Part shown: positions 35,701 to 49,200 of the stretch, piece after piece | Numbering within the stretch: the first letter of the stretch is position 1 | Layout: each line of letters starts with the position of its first letter | Source: Squalus acanthias | Lineage: Eukaryota | DNA: 64,000 nucleotides | NCBI GenBank assembly: GCA_030390025.1 | Contig: JASTWF010000033.1 | Coordinates: forward strand, 4,404,001 to 4,468,000 | Direction: 5' to 3' | The notes under the pieces: model-generated | What the model saw: the letters and a program-made list of their open reading frames with translations, nothing else | Database searches by the model: none | What the model was told of the DNA's origin: nothing | Program-made: the position numbers and the translations under genes

Positions 35701-37025
35701 CAGTGTATCGGGATCCTGCCAGGTGTGTATGGGGTTTCACAGTGCATCCGAATTCAGTCAGGTGTGTATGGGGTTTCACAGTGTATCAGTATCCTGCCAG
35801 GTGTGTATGGGGTTTCAGTGTATCAGGATCCTGCCAGGTCTATATGGGGTTTCACAGTGTATCAGGATCCTGCCAGGTGTGTATGGGGTATCGCAGTGTG
35901 TCAGAATCCTGCCAAGTGTGTAGGGGCTTTCACAGTGTATCAGGAATCTGCCAGGTGTGTATGGGGTTTCACAGTGTAACAGGATCCTGCCAGGTTTGTA
36001 TGGGGTTTCAGAATGTATCCGGATTTTGCCAGGTGTGTATGGGGGTTCACAGTATTTCGGGATCCTGCCAGGTGTATATTGGGTTTCACAGTGTATCAGG
36101 ATCCTGCCAGGTGTGTATGGGGGTTCACAGTGTATCTGGATCCTGTCAGGTGTGTATGGAGTTTCACAGTGTATCACGGTCCGGCCAGGTTTGTATGGGG
36201 TTTCACAGTGTATCAGGATCCTGCCAGGTGTGTATGGGGTTTCACAGTGTATCAGGATCCTGCCAGGTGTGTATGGGGTTTCACAGTGTATCGGGATCGT
36301 GCCAGGTGTGTGTGGGGTTTCAGTGTATCAGGATCCTGCCAGGTGTGTATGGGGTTTCACAGTAAATCGGGATCCTGTCAGTTGTATATGGGGTTTCACA
36401 GTGTATCAGTATCCTGCCAGGTGTGTATGGGGTTTCACATTGTATCGGGATCCTGCCAGGTGTGTATGGGGTTTAACAGTGTATCAGGATCCTGCCAGGT
36501 GTGTATGGGGTTTCACAGTGTATCAGGATCCTGCCAGGTGTGTATGGGGTTTTACAGTGTATCAGGATCCTGCCAGGTGTGTATGGGGTTTCAGTGTATC
36601 AGGATCCTGCCAGGTGTGTATGGGGTTTCACAGTGTATCAGGATCCTGCCAGGTGTGTATGGGGTTTCACAGTGTATCAGGATCCTGCCAGGTGTGTATG
36701 CGGTTTCACAGTGTATCAGGATCCTACCAGGTGTGTATGGGGTTTCACAGTGTAACAGGATCCTGCCAGGTGTGTATGGGGTTTCACAGTGTATCAGGAT
36801 CATTCCAGGTGTGTAGGGGCTTTCACAGTGTATCAGGATACTGCCACGTGCGTATGGAGTTTCACAGTGTATCAGGCTCCTGCCAGGTGTGTTGGGGCTT
36901 TCACAGTGTATCCGAATCCTGCCAGGTGTGTATGGGGTTTCACAGTGTATCAGGATCCTGCCAGGTGAGTATGGGGTTTCACAGTGTATCGGGATCCTGC
37001 CAGGTGTGCATTGTTTTTCACAACT
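26772..37025. repeat. 39-bp satellite, consensus CACAGTGTATCAGGATCCTGCCAGGTGTGTATGGGGTTT, ~260 units, with ~4-kb higher-order duplication
   Basis: Direct reading; 37-bp variants lack CA; BamHI site in most units; ORF track repeats at offset 3997 (28754/32751, 29320/33317, 30136/34133). Confidence 0.97.
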
Positions 37026-37239
37026 GAGAGAGATCAGCAGATGGATTTAGTGAAATGATGCCACATCCGCATATTTACAGGAAACTTCAGAAATGGTCTG
37101 ACTTGTAATTTGAATGTGTCCAGAATAGCTTTGGATTGATGTTAAATCTAAATGACGTCCAATCCTATTTTTCCAATCTTTGAACTTCTGATTCCCAGAT
37201 TCTGAAACCTCTAAACAAACGGCTACAACCAATCATTCT

Positions 37240-40200
37240 GATTCTGTGAATAGAGCTGTCTGTGTCTGTTAATAAGCTGTCTGGGTCTGTGAAATGTGCT
37301 GTCTGGGTCAGTGAATGGAGCTGTCTGGGTGTGTGAAATGAGCTGTCTGAATCTGTGAAATGAGCTGTCTGGGTCTGTGAATGGAACTGTCTGCGTCTGT
37401 GAAATGAGATTACCGAGTATGTGAATGTAGCTATCTGTGTCTGTGAAATGAGCTGTCTGGGTCTGTGAAATGAGCTGTCTGGGTCTGCGAAATGAGCTGT
37501 TTGGGTCTGAGAACGGAGTTGTCTGGGTCTGTGAATAGAGCTGTCCGAGTCTGTGAATGGTGCTGTCTGAGTCTGTGAATGGAGCTGTCTGAGTCTGTGA
37601 ACGGAGCTGTCTGAGTCTGTGAATGGTGCTGTCTGAGTCTGTGAATGGGGCTGTCTGAGTCTTTGAAATGAGTTGTCTTTTCTGTGAATGGAAATGTCTC
37701 GGTCTGTTAAATGAACTTTCTGAGTTTGTGAAATGAGCTGTCTGTGTTCTTGAAATCAGCTCTCCATGTCTGTGAATGTTGCTGTCTGTTTCTCTGAATG
37801 TAGCAGTCTGGGTCTGTGAATTGATCTGTCTAGGTATGTGAATGGAGCTGTCTGGATCTGTGAAATGATCTTTCTGCGTATGTGAATGGAGCTGCCTGGG
37901 TCTGTGAATGGAACTGTCTGTGTCTGTGGAAGGAGCTGTCTTGGTTAGTGAATGGAGCTGTCTGGGTCTGTGAATGGAGCTGTCTGGGTCGGTGAAATGA
38001 GTATTCTTGCTCTGTGAATGGAAATGTCTGGGTGAGTGAAATGAACTTAATGAATTTGTGAAATGATTTGTCTGGTCTGTGAATGGTGATGTCTGGATCT
38101 GTGAATGGAGATGTCTCGGTCTGTGATTGGAGCTGTCTGGGTCTGTGACTGGAGCTGTCTGGGTCTGTGAATGGAGCTGTCTGGGTCGGTGAATAGAGCT
38201 GTCTGGGTCTGTGACTGGAGCTGTCTGGGTCAGTGAATGGAGCTGTCTGGGTCTGTGAATGGATCTGTCTGAGTCTGAGAATGGATCTGTCTGAGTCTGT
38301 GAATGCATCTGTCTGGGTCTGTGAATGGAGCTGTCTGGATCTGTGAAATGATCTTTCTGCGTCTGTGAATGGAGCTGTCTGGGTCTGTGAATGGAACTGT
38401 CTGTGGCTGTGGAAGGAGCAGTCTTGGTCAGTGAATGGAGCTGTCTGGGTCTGTGAATGGAGCTGTCTGGGTCGGTGAAATGAGCTTTCTTGCTCTGTGA
38501 ATGGAACTGTCTGTGTCTGTGGAAGGAGCTGTCTTGGTCAGTGAATGGGTCTGTGAATGTAGCTGTCTGGGTCTGTGAATGGAACTCTCTGGTTCGGCGA
38601 AATGAGCTTTCTGGGTCGGTGAATGGAAATGTCTGTGTCAGTGAAATGAACTTAATGAATTTGTGAAATGAGCTGTCTGTATTTTTGTAATCAGCTTTCC
38701 ATCTCGTTGAATGTTGCTGTCTGAGTCTGTGAATGGATCTGTCTGTGTCTGTGAATGGAGCTGTCTGGGTCTGTGAATGGAGCTGTCTGAGTCTGTGAAT
38801 GGAGCTGTCTGGGTCTGTGAATGGAGCTGTCTGGGTCTGTGAATGGAGCTATCTGGGTCTGTGAATTGAGCTGTCTGAGTCTGTGAATGGAGCTGTCTTG
38901 GTCTTTGAATGGAGCTGTCTGGGTCTGTGAAATGAGCTGTCTGGGTCTGTTAAATGTGCTGTCTGGGTCTGTGAATGGAGCTGTCAGAGTCTGTGAATGG
39001 AGCTGTCTGGGTCTGTGAAATGAGCTGTCTGGGTCTGTGAAATGATCTGTCTGGTTCTGTGAAATGAACATTCTGAGTCTGTGAATGGAGCATGCCTGGG
39101 TCTGTGAATTGAGCTGTCCGAGTCTGTGAATGGAGCTGTCTGGCTCTGTGAATGGAGCTGCCTGTGTCTGTGAATGGAGCTGTCTGTGTCTGTGAATGGA
39201 GCTGCCTGTGTCTGTGAATGGAGCTGTTTGGGTCTGTGAATGCAGCTGTCTGTGTCATGAATGGAGCGGTCTGGGTCTGTGAATGGAGCTGTCTGTGCCT
39301 GTGAATGGAGCTGTCTGACTCTGTGAATGGAGCTGTCTGGGTCTGTGAATGGAGCTGCCACAGTCTGTAAATGGAGCTGACTCGGTCTGTGAATGGAGCT
39401 GTCTGGGTCTGTGAAAGATGCTGTCTGGGTCTGTGAATGGACTGTCTTGGTCTTTGAATGCAGCTGTCTGGGTCTTTGAATGGAGCTGCCTGGGTTTGTG
39501 AATGGAGTTGTCTGGGTCTGTGAATGGAGCTGTCTGAGTCTGTAAATTGAGCTGTCTGGGTCTCTGAATGGAGCTGTGTGTGTCTGTGAATTGAGCTGTC
39601 AGAGTCTGTAAGTAGAGCTGTCTATGTCTGTAAACGCAGCTGTCTGGGTCTCTAAATGGAGCTGTCTGGGTTTGTCAATGGAGCTGTCTGGGTCTGTGAA
39701 TGGAGCTGTCTGAGTCTGTGAATGGATCTGTCTGGGTCTGTGAATGGAGCTGCCTGGGTTTGTGAATGGAGTTGTCTGAGTCTGTGAATGGAGCTGTCTG
39801 AGTCTGTAAATGGAGCTGCGAGAGTCTGTAAATGGATCTGTCTGGGTCTGTGAATGGAGCTGCGAGAGTCTGTAAATGGAGCTGTCTGGGTCTCTGAATG
39901 GAGCTGTCTGTGTCTGTGAATTGAGCTGCCAGAGACTGTAAATGGAACTGTCTGGATCTCTGAATGGAGCTGTCTGTGTCTGTGAAATGAGCTGCCAGAG
40001 TCTGTAAATGCAGTTGTCTGGTTCTGTGAATGGAGCTGTCTGTGTCTGTGAATGGAGCTGTTTGGGTCTGTGAATGGAGCTGGATGTGTCTGTGAATGGA
40101 GCTGCCAGAGTCTGTAAATGGAGCTGTGTCAGTCTGTGAACGGAGTTGTCTGGGTCTGTGAATTGAGCGGTCTGAGTCTGTGAATGGAGCTGTCTGGGTC

Positions 40201-43200
40201 TGTGAATGGAGCGGTCTGGGTCTGTGAATGGAGCTGTCTGAGTCTGTGAATGGAGATGTCTGGGTCTGTGAATGGAGCTGTCTGAGTGTGGGAAAGGATC
40301 TGTCTGGGTCTGTGAATGGAGCTGTTTGGATCTGTGAATGGAGCTGTCTGGGTCTGTGAATTGAGCTATCTGGGTCTGTGAATTGAGCTGTCTGAGTCTG
40401 TGAATGGAGCTATCTTGGTCTTTGAATGGAGCTGTCTTGGTCTTTTAACGGAGCTGTCTGGGTCTGTGAAATGAGCTGTCTGGGTCTGTTAAATGAGCTG
40501 TCTGGGTCTGTGAATGGAGCTGTCAGAGTCTGTGAATGGAGCTGTCTAGGTCTGTGAAATGAGGTGTCTGGGTCTGTGAAATGATCTGTCTGGTTCTGTG
40601 AAATGAACATTCTGAGTCTGTGAATGGAGCTGCCTGGGTCTGTGAATTGAGCTGTCGGAGTCTGTGAATGGAGCTGTCTGGGTCTGTGAATGGAGCTGCC
40701 TGTGTCTGTGAATGGAGCTGTCTGGGTCTGTGAATGGAGCTGCCTGTGTCTGTGAATGGAGCTGTTTGGGTCTGTGAATGGAGCTGTCTGTGTCATGAAT
40801 GGAGCTGTCTGGGTCTGTGAATGGAGCTGTCTCTGCCTGTGAATGGAGCTGTCTGATTCTGTGAATGGAGCTGACTCGGTCTGTGAATGGAGCTGTCTTG
40901 GTCTGTGAAAGAACTGTCTGGTTCTGTGAATGGAGCTGTCTTGGTATTTGAATGGAGCTGTCTGGGTCTGTGAATGGAGTTGTCTGGGTCTGTGAATGGA
41001 GCTGTCTGGGTCTTTGAATGGAGCTGCCTGGGTCTTTGAATGGAGCTGTCTGAGTCTGTAAATAGAGCTGTCTGGGTCTGTGAATGGAGCTGTCTGTGTC
41101 TGTGAATTGAGCTGTCAGATTCTGTAAATGGAGCTGTCTGGACTTGTTAATGGCGCTGTTTGGGTCTGTGAATGGAGCTGTCTGGATCTGTGAATTGAGC
41201 TGTCTGGGTCTGTGAACGGAGCTGTCTGTGTCTGTGAATGGAGCTGTCTGTGTCGGTGAAATTATCTGTCTGGGTCTGTGAATGGAGCTGACTAGGTCTG
41301 TGAATGGAACTGTCTGTGTCTGTGGAAGGAGCTGTCTGGGTCATTGAATGGAGCTGTCTGAGTCTGTGAATGGAGCTGTCTGGGTCGGTTTAATGAGCTG
41401 TCTGGATCTGTGAATGGATCTGTCTGGGTCTGTGAATGGAGCTGTTTAGGTCTGTGAAATGAATTTTCTGAGTCTGTGAATGGAAATGTCTGGGTCTGTG
41501 AAATGAACTTAATGAATTTGTGAAATGAGCTGTCTGTGTTTTTGTAATCAGCTTTCCATGTCGGGGAATGTTGCTGTCTGTTTCTGTGAATGGAGCTGTC
41601 TGAGTCTGGGAATGGATCTGTCTGGGTCTGTGAATGGAGCTGTTTGGATCTGTGAATGGAGCTGTCTGGGTCGGTGAAATGAGCTGTCTGAGTTCTTGAA
41701 TGGAGCTGTCTGAGTCTGTGAATGGAGCTGTCTGAGTCTGTGAATGGTGCTGTCTGGGTCTCTGACTGGAGCTGTCTGGGTCTGTGAATGGAGCTGTCTG
41801 GGTCTGTGAATGGAGCTGCCTGGGTTTGTGAATGCAGTTGTCTTGGTCTGTGAATGGAGCTGTCTGAGTCTGTAAATGGAGCTGTCTGGGTCTTTGAATG
41901 GAGCTGCCTGGGTCTGTGAATGAGCTGTCTGAGTCTGTGAATGGAGCTGTCTAGTCTGTAAATGGAGCTGTCTGGGTCTGTGAATGAGCTGTCTGAGTCT
42001 GTGAATGGAGCTGTCTGGTTCTGTGAATGGAGCTGTCTGTGTCTGTGAATGGAGCTGTCTGGGTCTGTGAATGGAGCTGTCTGTGTCTGTGAATGGAGCT
42101 GTCTGAGTCTGTAAATGCAGCTGTCTGGTCTGTAATGGAGCTGTCTGGGTCTGTGAATTGAGCTGTCTGAGTCTGTGAATGGAGCTGTCTGGGTCTGTGA
42201 ATGGAGCTGTCTGAGTCTGTGAATGGAGCTGTCTGGGTCTGTGAATGGAGCTGTCTGTGTCTGTGAATGGAGCTGTCTGGGTCTGTGAATGGAGCTGTCT
42301 GAGTCTGTGAATGGAGCTGTCTGGGTCTGTGAATGGAGCTGTCTGTGTCTTGAATGGAGCTGTCTGGGTCTGTGAATGGAGCTGTCTGGTCTTTGAATGG
42401 AGCTGTCTGGGTCTGTGAAATGAGCTGTCTGGGTCTGTGAAATGAGCTGTCTGGGTCTGTGAATGGAGCTGTCAGAGTCTGTGAATGGAGCTGTCTAGTT
42501 CTGTGAATGAGCTGTCTGGGTCTGTGAATTGTTCTGTCTGAGTCTGTGAAATGAACTGTCTGAGTCTGTGAATGGAGCTGCCTGTGTCTGTGAATGGAGC
42601 TGTCTGGGTCTGTGAATGGAGCTGCCTGTGTCTGTGAATGGAGCTGCCTGGGTCTGTGAATGGAGCTGTCTGTGTCTGTGAATTGAGCTGTCTGAGTCTG
42701 TAAATGCAGCTGTCTTGGTCTGTAAATGGAGCTGGCTGGGTTTGTGACTGGAGTTGTCTGGGTCTGTGAATGGAGCTGTCTGAGTCTGTGAATGGATCTG
42801 TCTGGATCTGTGAAATGAACTTTCGGAGTCTGAATGGAGCTGTCTGGGTCGGTGAATAGAGCTGTCTGGGTCTGTGACTGGAGCTGTCTGGGTCAGTGAA
42901 TGGAGCTGTCTGGGTCTGTATATTGAGCTGTTTGGGTCTGTGAATGGAGCTATCTGTGTCTGTGAATGGAGCTGTCTGGGTCTGTGAATGCTGCTGTCTG
43001 AGTCTGTAAATAGAGCTGTCTGGGTCTGTAAATGGAGCTGCGAGTGTCTGTAAATGGAGCTGTTTGGGTCTGTGAATGGAGCTGTCTGGGTCTGTGAATT
43101 GAGCTGTCTGGGTCTGTGAACGGAGCTGACTGAGTCTGTGAATGGAGCTGTCTGGGTCGGTTTAATGAGCTGTCTGGGTCTGGGAATGGGTCTGTCTGGG

Positions 43201-46200
43201 TCTGTGAATGGAGCTGTTTGGATCTGTGAATGGAGCTGTCTGGGTAGGTGAATTGAGCTATCTGGGTCTGTGAATTGAGCTGTCTGAGTCTGTGAATGGA
43301 GCTGTCTGGCTCTGTGAATGTAGCTGCCTGTGTCTGTGAATGGAACTGTCTGTGTCTGTGAATGGAGCTGCCTGTGTCAATGAATGGAGCTGTTTGGTTC
43401 TGTGAATGGAGCTGTCTGTGTCATGAATGGAGCTGTCTGGGTCTGTGAATGGAGCTGTCTGTGCCTGTGAATGGAGCTGTATGATTCTGTGAATGGAGCT
43501 GTCTGGGTCTGTGAATGGAGCTGCCACAGTCTGTAAATGGAGCTGACTCGGTCTGTGAATGGAGCTGTCTTGGTCTGTGAAAGAAGCTGTCTGGGTCTGT
43601 GAATGGAGCTGTCTTGGTATTTGAATGGAGCTGTCTGGGTCTGTGAATGGAGCTGTCTGTGTCTGTGAATGGAGCTGTCTGAGTCGGTGAAATGATCTGT
43701 CTTGGTCTGTGAATGGAGCTGTCTGAGTCTGTAAATAGAGCTGTCTGGGTCTGAGAATGGAGCTGCGAGAGTCTGTAAATGGAGCTGTCTGGGTCTCTGA
43801 ATGGAGCTGTCTGTGTCTGTGAATTGAGCTTTCAGAGACTGTAAATGGAGCTGTCTGGGTCTGTTAATGGCGCCGTTTTTATCTGTGAATGGAGCTGTCT
43901 GGGTCTGTGAATTGAGCTGTCTGAGTCTGTGAACGGAGCTGTCTGTGTCTGTGAATGGAGCTGTCTGAGTCGGTGAAATGATCTGTCTGGGTCTGTGAAT
44001 GGAGCTGACTAGGTCTGTGAATGGAACTGTCTGTGTCTGTGGAAGGAGCTGTCTGGGTCATTGAATGGAGCTGTCTGAGTCTGTGAATGGAGCTGTCTGG
44101 GTCGGTTTAATGAGCTGTCTGGGTCTGTGAATGGATCTGTCTGGGTCTGTGAATGGAGCTGTTTAGGTCTGTGAAATGAATTTTCTGAGTCTGTGAATGG
44201 AAATGTCTGGGTCTGTGAAATGAACTTAATGAACTTGTGAAATGAGCTGTCTGTGTTTTTGTAATCAGCTTTCCATGTCGGGGAATGTTGCTGTCTGTTT
44301 CTGTGAATGGAGCTGTCTGAGTCTGGGACTGGATCTGTCTGGGTCTGTGAATGGAGCTGTTTGGATCTGTGAATGGAGCTGTCTGGGTCGGTGAAATGAG
44401 CTGTCTGAGTTTTTGAATGGAGCTGTCTGAGTCTGTGAATGGCGCTGTCTGAGTCTGTGAATGTTGCTGTCTGGGTCTTTGACTGGAGCTGTCTGGGTCT
44501 GTGAATGGAGCTATGTGGGTCTGTAAATGTAGCTGTTTGGGTTTGTGAATGGAGCTGTCTGGGTCTGTGAATGGAGCTGTCTGGGTCTGTGAATGCTGCT
44601 GTCTGAGTCTGTAAATAGAGCTGTCTGGGTCTGTAAATGGAGCTGCGAGTGTCTGTAAATGGAGCTGTCTGGGTCTCTGAATGGAGCTGTCTGTGTCTGT
44701 GAATTGAGCTGTCAGAGATTGTAAATGAAGCTCTCTGGGTCTGTTAATGGAGCTGTTTGGGTCTGTGAATGGAGCTGTCTGGGTCTGTGAATTGAGCTGT
44801 CTGGGTCTGTGAACGGAGCTGACTGAGTCTGTGAATGGAGCTGTCTGGGTCGGTTTAATGAGCTGTCTGGGTCTGTGAATGGATCTGTCTGGGTCTGTGA
44901 AATGTACTTAATGAATTTGTGAAATGAGCTGTCTGTGTTTTTGTAATCAGCTTTCCATGTCGGGGAATGTTGCTGTCTGAGTCTGTAAATGGAGCTGTCT
45001 GGGTCTTTGAATGGAGCTGCCTGGTTTTGTAAATGCAGTTGTCTGGGTCTGTGAATGGAGCTGCCTGGGTCTGTGAATGGAGCTGTCTGTGTCTGTGAAT
45101 TGAGCTGTCTGAGTCTGTAAATGCAGCTGTCTTGGTCTGTGAATGGAGCTGTCTGGGTCTGTGAAAGATGCTGTCTGGCTCTGTGAATGGACTGTCTTGG
45201 TCTTTGAATGGAGCTGTCTGGGTCTTTGAATGGAGCTGTCTGGGTCTGTGAATGGAGCTGTCTGGGTCTGTGAAAGATGCTGTCTGGGTCTGTGAATGGA
45301 CTGTCTGGGTCTGTGAATGGACTGTCTGGGTCTTTGAATGGAGCTGCCTGAATTAGTGAATGGAGTTGTCTGGGTCTGTGAATGGAGTTGTCTGAGTCTG
45401 TAAATTGAGCTGTCTGGGTCTCTGAATGGAGCTGTCTGTGTCTGTGAATTGAGCTGTCAGAGTCTGGAAATAGAGCTGTCTATGTCTGTAAACGCAGCTG
45501 TCTGGGTCTGTAAATGGAGCTGTCTGGGTTTGTCAATGGAGCTGTCTGGGTCTGTGAATGGAGCTGTCTGAGTCTGTGAATGGATCTGTCAGCGTCTGTG
45601 AATGGAGCTGCTTAGGTTTGTGAATGGAGTTGTCTGGGTCTGTGAATGGAGCTGTCTGAGTCTGTAAATGGAGCTGCGAGAGTCTGTAAATGGAGCTGTC
45701 TGGGTCTCTGAATGGAGCTGTCTGTGTCTGTGAATTGAGCTGCCAGAGTCTGTAAATGCAGTTGTCTGGGTCTGTGAATGGAGCTGTCTGTGTCTGTGAA
45801 TGGAGCTGTTTCGGTTTGTGAATGGAGCTGGCTGTGTCTGTGAATGGAGCTGCCAGAGTCTGTAAATGGAGCTGTCTCAGTCTGGGAACGGTGTTGTCTG
45901 GGTCTGTGAATGGAGCGGTCTTGGTCTGTGAATGGAGCTGTCTGAGTCTGTGAATGGAGATGTCTGTGTCTGTGAATGGAGCTGTCTGAGTCTGTGAAAG
46001 GAGTTGTTTGGGTCTGTGAATGGAGCTGTCTGGGTCGGTTTAATGAGCTGTCTGGGTCTGTCAATGGATCTGTCTGGGTCTGTGAATGGAGCTGTCTGGG
46101 TCTGTGAATTGAGCTGTCTGGGTCTGTGAACGGAGCTGACTGAGTCTGTGAATGGAGCTGTCTGGGTCGGTTTAATGAGCTGTCTGGGTCTGTGAATGGA

Positions 46201-49200
46201 TCTGTCTGGGTCTGTGAAATGTACTTAATGAATTTGTGAAATGAGCTGTCTGTGTTTTTGTAATCAGCTTTCCATGTCGGGGAATGTTGCTGTCTGAGTC
46301 TGTAAATGGAGCTGTCTGGGTCTTTGAATGGAGCTGCCTGGTTTTGTAAATGCAGTTGTCTGGGTCTGTGAATGGAGCTGCCTGGGTCTGTGAATGGAGC
46401 TGTCTGTGTCTGTGAATTGAGCTGTCTGAGTCTGTAAATGCAGCTGTCTTGGTCTGTGAATGGAGCTGTCTGGGTCTGTGAAAGATGCTGTCTGGCTCTG
46501 TGAATGGACTGTCTTGGTCTTTGAATGGAGCTGTCTGGGTCTTTGAATGGAGCTGTCTGGGTCTGTGAATGGAGCTGTCTGGGTCTGTGAAAGATGCTGT
46601 CTGGGTCTGTGAATGGACTGTCTGGGTCTGTGAATGGACTGTCTGGGTCTTTGAATGGAGCTGCCTGAATTAGTGAATGGAGTTGTCTGGGTCTGTGAAT
46701 GGAGTTGTCTGAGTCTGTAAATTGAGCTGTCTGGGTCTCTGAATGGAGCTGTCTGTGTCTGTGAATTGAGCTGTCAGAGTCTGGAAATAGAGCTGTCTAT
46801 GTCTGTAAACGCAGCTGTCTGGGTCTGTAAATGGAGCTGTCTGGGTTTGTCAATGGAGCTGTCTGGGTCTGTGAATGGAGCTGTCTGAGTCTGTGAATGG
46901 ATCTGTCAGCGTCTGTGAATGGAGCTGTCTGGGTCTGTGAATGGAGCCAGTCTGTTCTGTGAATGGAGCTGTCTGAGTCTGTAAATGGAGCTGTCTGAGT
47001 CTGTGAATGGAGCTGTCTGAGTCTGTGAATGGAGCTGTCTAGGGTCTGTAGAATGGAGCTGTCTGGGTCTGTGAATGGAGCTGTCTGTGTCTGTGAATGA
47101 GCTGTCTGGTCTGTAAATGGAGCTGTCTGGGTCTGTGAATGGAGCTGTCTGAGTCTGTGAATGAGCTGTCTGATCTGTGAATGGAGCTGTCTGAGTCTGT
47201 GAATGGAGCTGTCTGAGTCTGTGAATGGAGCTGTCTGGGTCTGTGAATGGAGCTGTCTGGGTCTGTGAATGGAGCTGTCTGTGTCTGTGAATGGAGCTGT
47301 CTGGTTCGTGAATGGAGCTGTCTGGGTCTGTGAATGGAGCTGTCTGAGTCTGTGAATGGAGCTGTCTGGTCTGTGAATGGAGCTGTCTGGGTCTGTGAAT
47401 GGAGCTGTTTAGGTCTGTGAAATGAATTTTCTGAGTCTGTGAATGGAAATGTCTGGGTCTGTGAAATGATCTTAATTAATTTGTGAAATGAGCTGTCTGT
47501 GTTTTTGTAATCAGCGTTCCATGTCGGGGAATGTTGCTGTCTGTTTCTGTGAATGGAGCTGTCTGAGTCTGGGAAAGGATCTGTCTGGGTCTGTGAATGG
47601 AGCTGTTTGGATCTGTGAATGGATCTGTCTGGGTCGGTGAATTGAGCTATCTGGGTCTGTGAATTGAGCTGTCTGAGTCTGTGAATTGAGCTGTCTGAGT
47701 CTGTGAATGGAGCTGTCTTGGTCTTTGAATGGAGCTGTCTTGGTCTTTTAACGGAGCTGTCTGGGTCTGTGAATGGAGCTGTCTGGGTCTGTTAAATGAG
47801 CTGTCTGGGTCTGTGAATGGAGCTGTCTTGGTATTTGAATGGAGCTGTCTCGGTCTGTGAATGGAGCTGTCTGGGTCTGTGAATGGAGCGGTCTTGGTAT
47901 TTGAATGGAGCTGTCTCGGTCTGTGAATGGAGCTGTCTGGGTCTGTGAATGGAGCTGTCTGGGTCTGTGAATGGAGCTGTCTGAGTCTGTGAATGGAGCT
48001 GTCTGAGTCTGTAATGGAGCTGTCTGGGTCTGTGAATGGAGCTGTCTGTGTCTGTGAATGGAGCTGTCTGAGTCTGTGAATGGAGCTGTCTGGGTCTGTG
48101 AATGGAGCTGTCTGGGTCTGTGAATGGAGCTGTCTGGGTCTGTGAATGGAGCTGTCTGGGTCTGTGAATGGAGCTGTCTGTGTCTGTGAATGGAGCTGTC
48201 TGAGTCTGTGAATGAGCTGTCTGGTCTGTGAATGGAGCTGTCTGGGTCTGTGAATGGAGCTGTCTGGTCTGTGAATGGAGCTGTCTGGGTCTGTGAATGG
48301 AGCTGTCTGAGTCTGTGAATGGAGCTGTCTGGGTCTGTGAATGGAGCTGTCTGGGTCTGTGAATGGAGCTGTCTGGGTCTGTGAATGGAGCTGTCTGGTC
48401 TGTGAAATGAATTTTCTGAGTCTGTGAATGGAACTGTCTGGGTCTGTGAAATGAACTTAATGAATTTGTGAAATGAGCTGTCTGTGTTTTTGTAATCAGC
48501 TTTCCATGTCGGGGAATGTTGCTGTCTGTTTCTGTGAATGGAGCTGTCTGAGTCTGGGAATGGATCTGTCTGGGTCTGTGAATGGAGCTGTTTGGATCTG
48601 TGAATGGAGCTGTCTGGGTCGGTGAAATGAGCTGTCTGAGTTTTTGAATGGAGCTGTCTGAGTCTGTGAATGGAGCTGTCTGAGTCTGTGAATGGTGCTG
48701 TCTGGGTCTCTGACTGGAGCTGTCTGGGTCTGTGAATGGAGCTATGTGGGTCTGTAAATGTAGCTGTTTGGGTCTGTGAATGGAGCTGTCTGGGTCTGTG
48801 AATGGAGCTGCCTGGGTTTGTGAATGCAGTTGTCTTGGTCTGTGAATGGAGCTGTCTGAGGCTGTAAATGGAGCTGTCTGGGTCTTTGAATGGAGCTGCC
48901 TGGTTTTGTGAATGCAGTTGTCTGGGTCTGTGAATGGAGCTGTCTAAGTCTGTAAATGCAGCTGTCTGGGTCTCTGAATGGAGCTGTCTGTGTCTGTGAA
49001 TGGAGCTGCCTGGGTCTGTGAATGGAGCTGTCTGTGTCTGTGAATTGAGCTGTCTGAGTCTGTCAATGCAGCTGTCTGGGTCTCTGAATGGATCTGTCTG
49101 TGTCTGTGAATTGAGCTGCCAGAGTCTGTAAATGCAGTTGTCTGGGTCTGTGAATGGAGCTGTTTGGGTCTGTGAATGGAGCTGGCTGTGTCTGTGAATG

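Noticed and set aside
26772..37025. CRISPR-like array
   Set aside because: No unique spacers, units are contiguous, no cas genes, eukaryotic context.
26735..37027. Long Cys/Gly-rich ORFs (up to 692 aa) in all three plus frames
   Set aside because: The 39-bp unit is a multiple of 3 and stop-free in all plus frames. 37-bp variants shift frame freely and stops arise without constraint, so there is no sign of coding selection.
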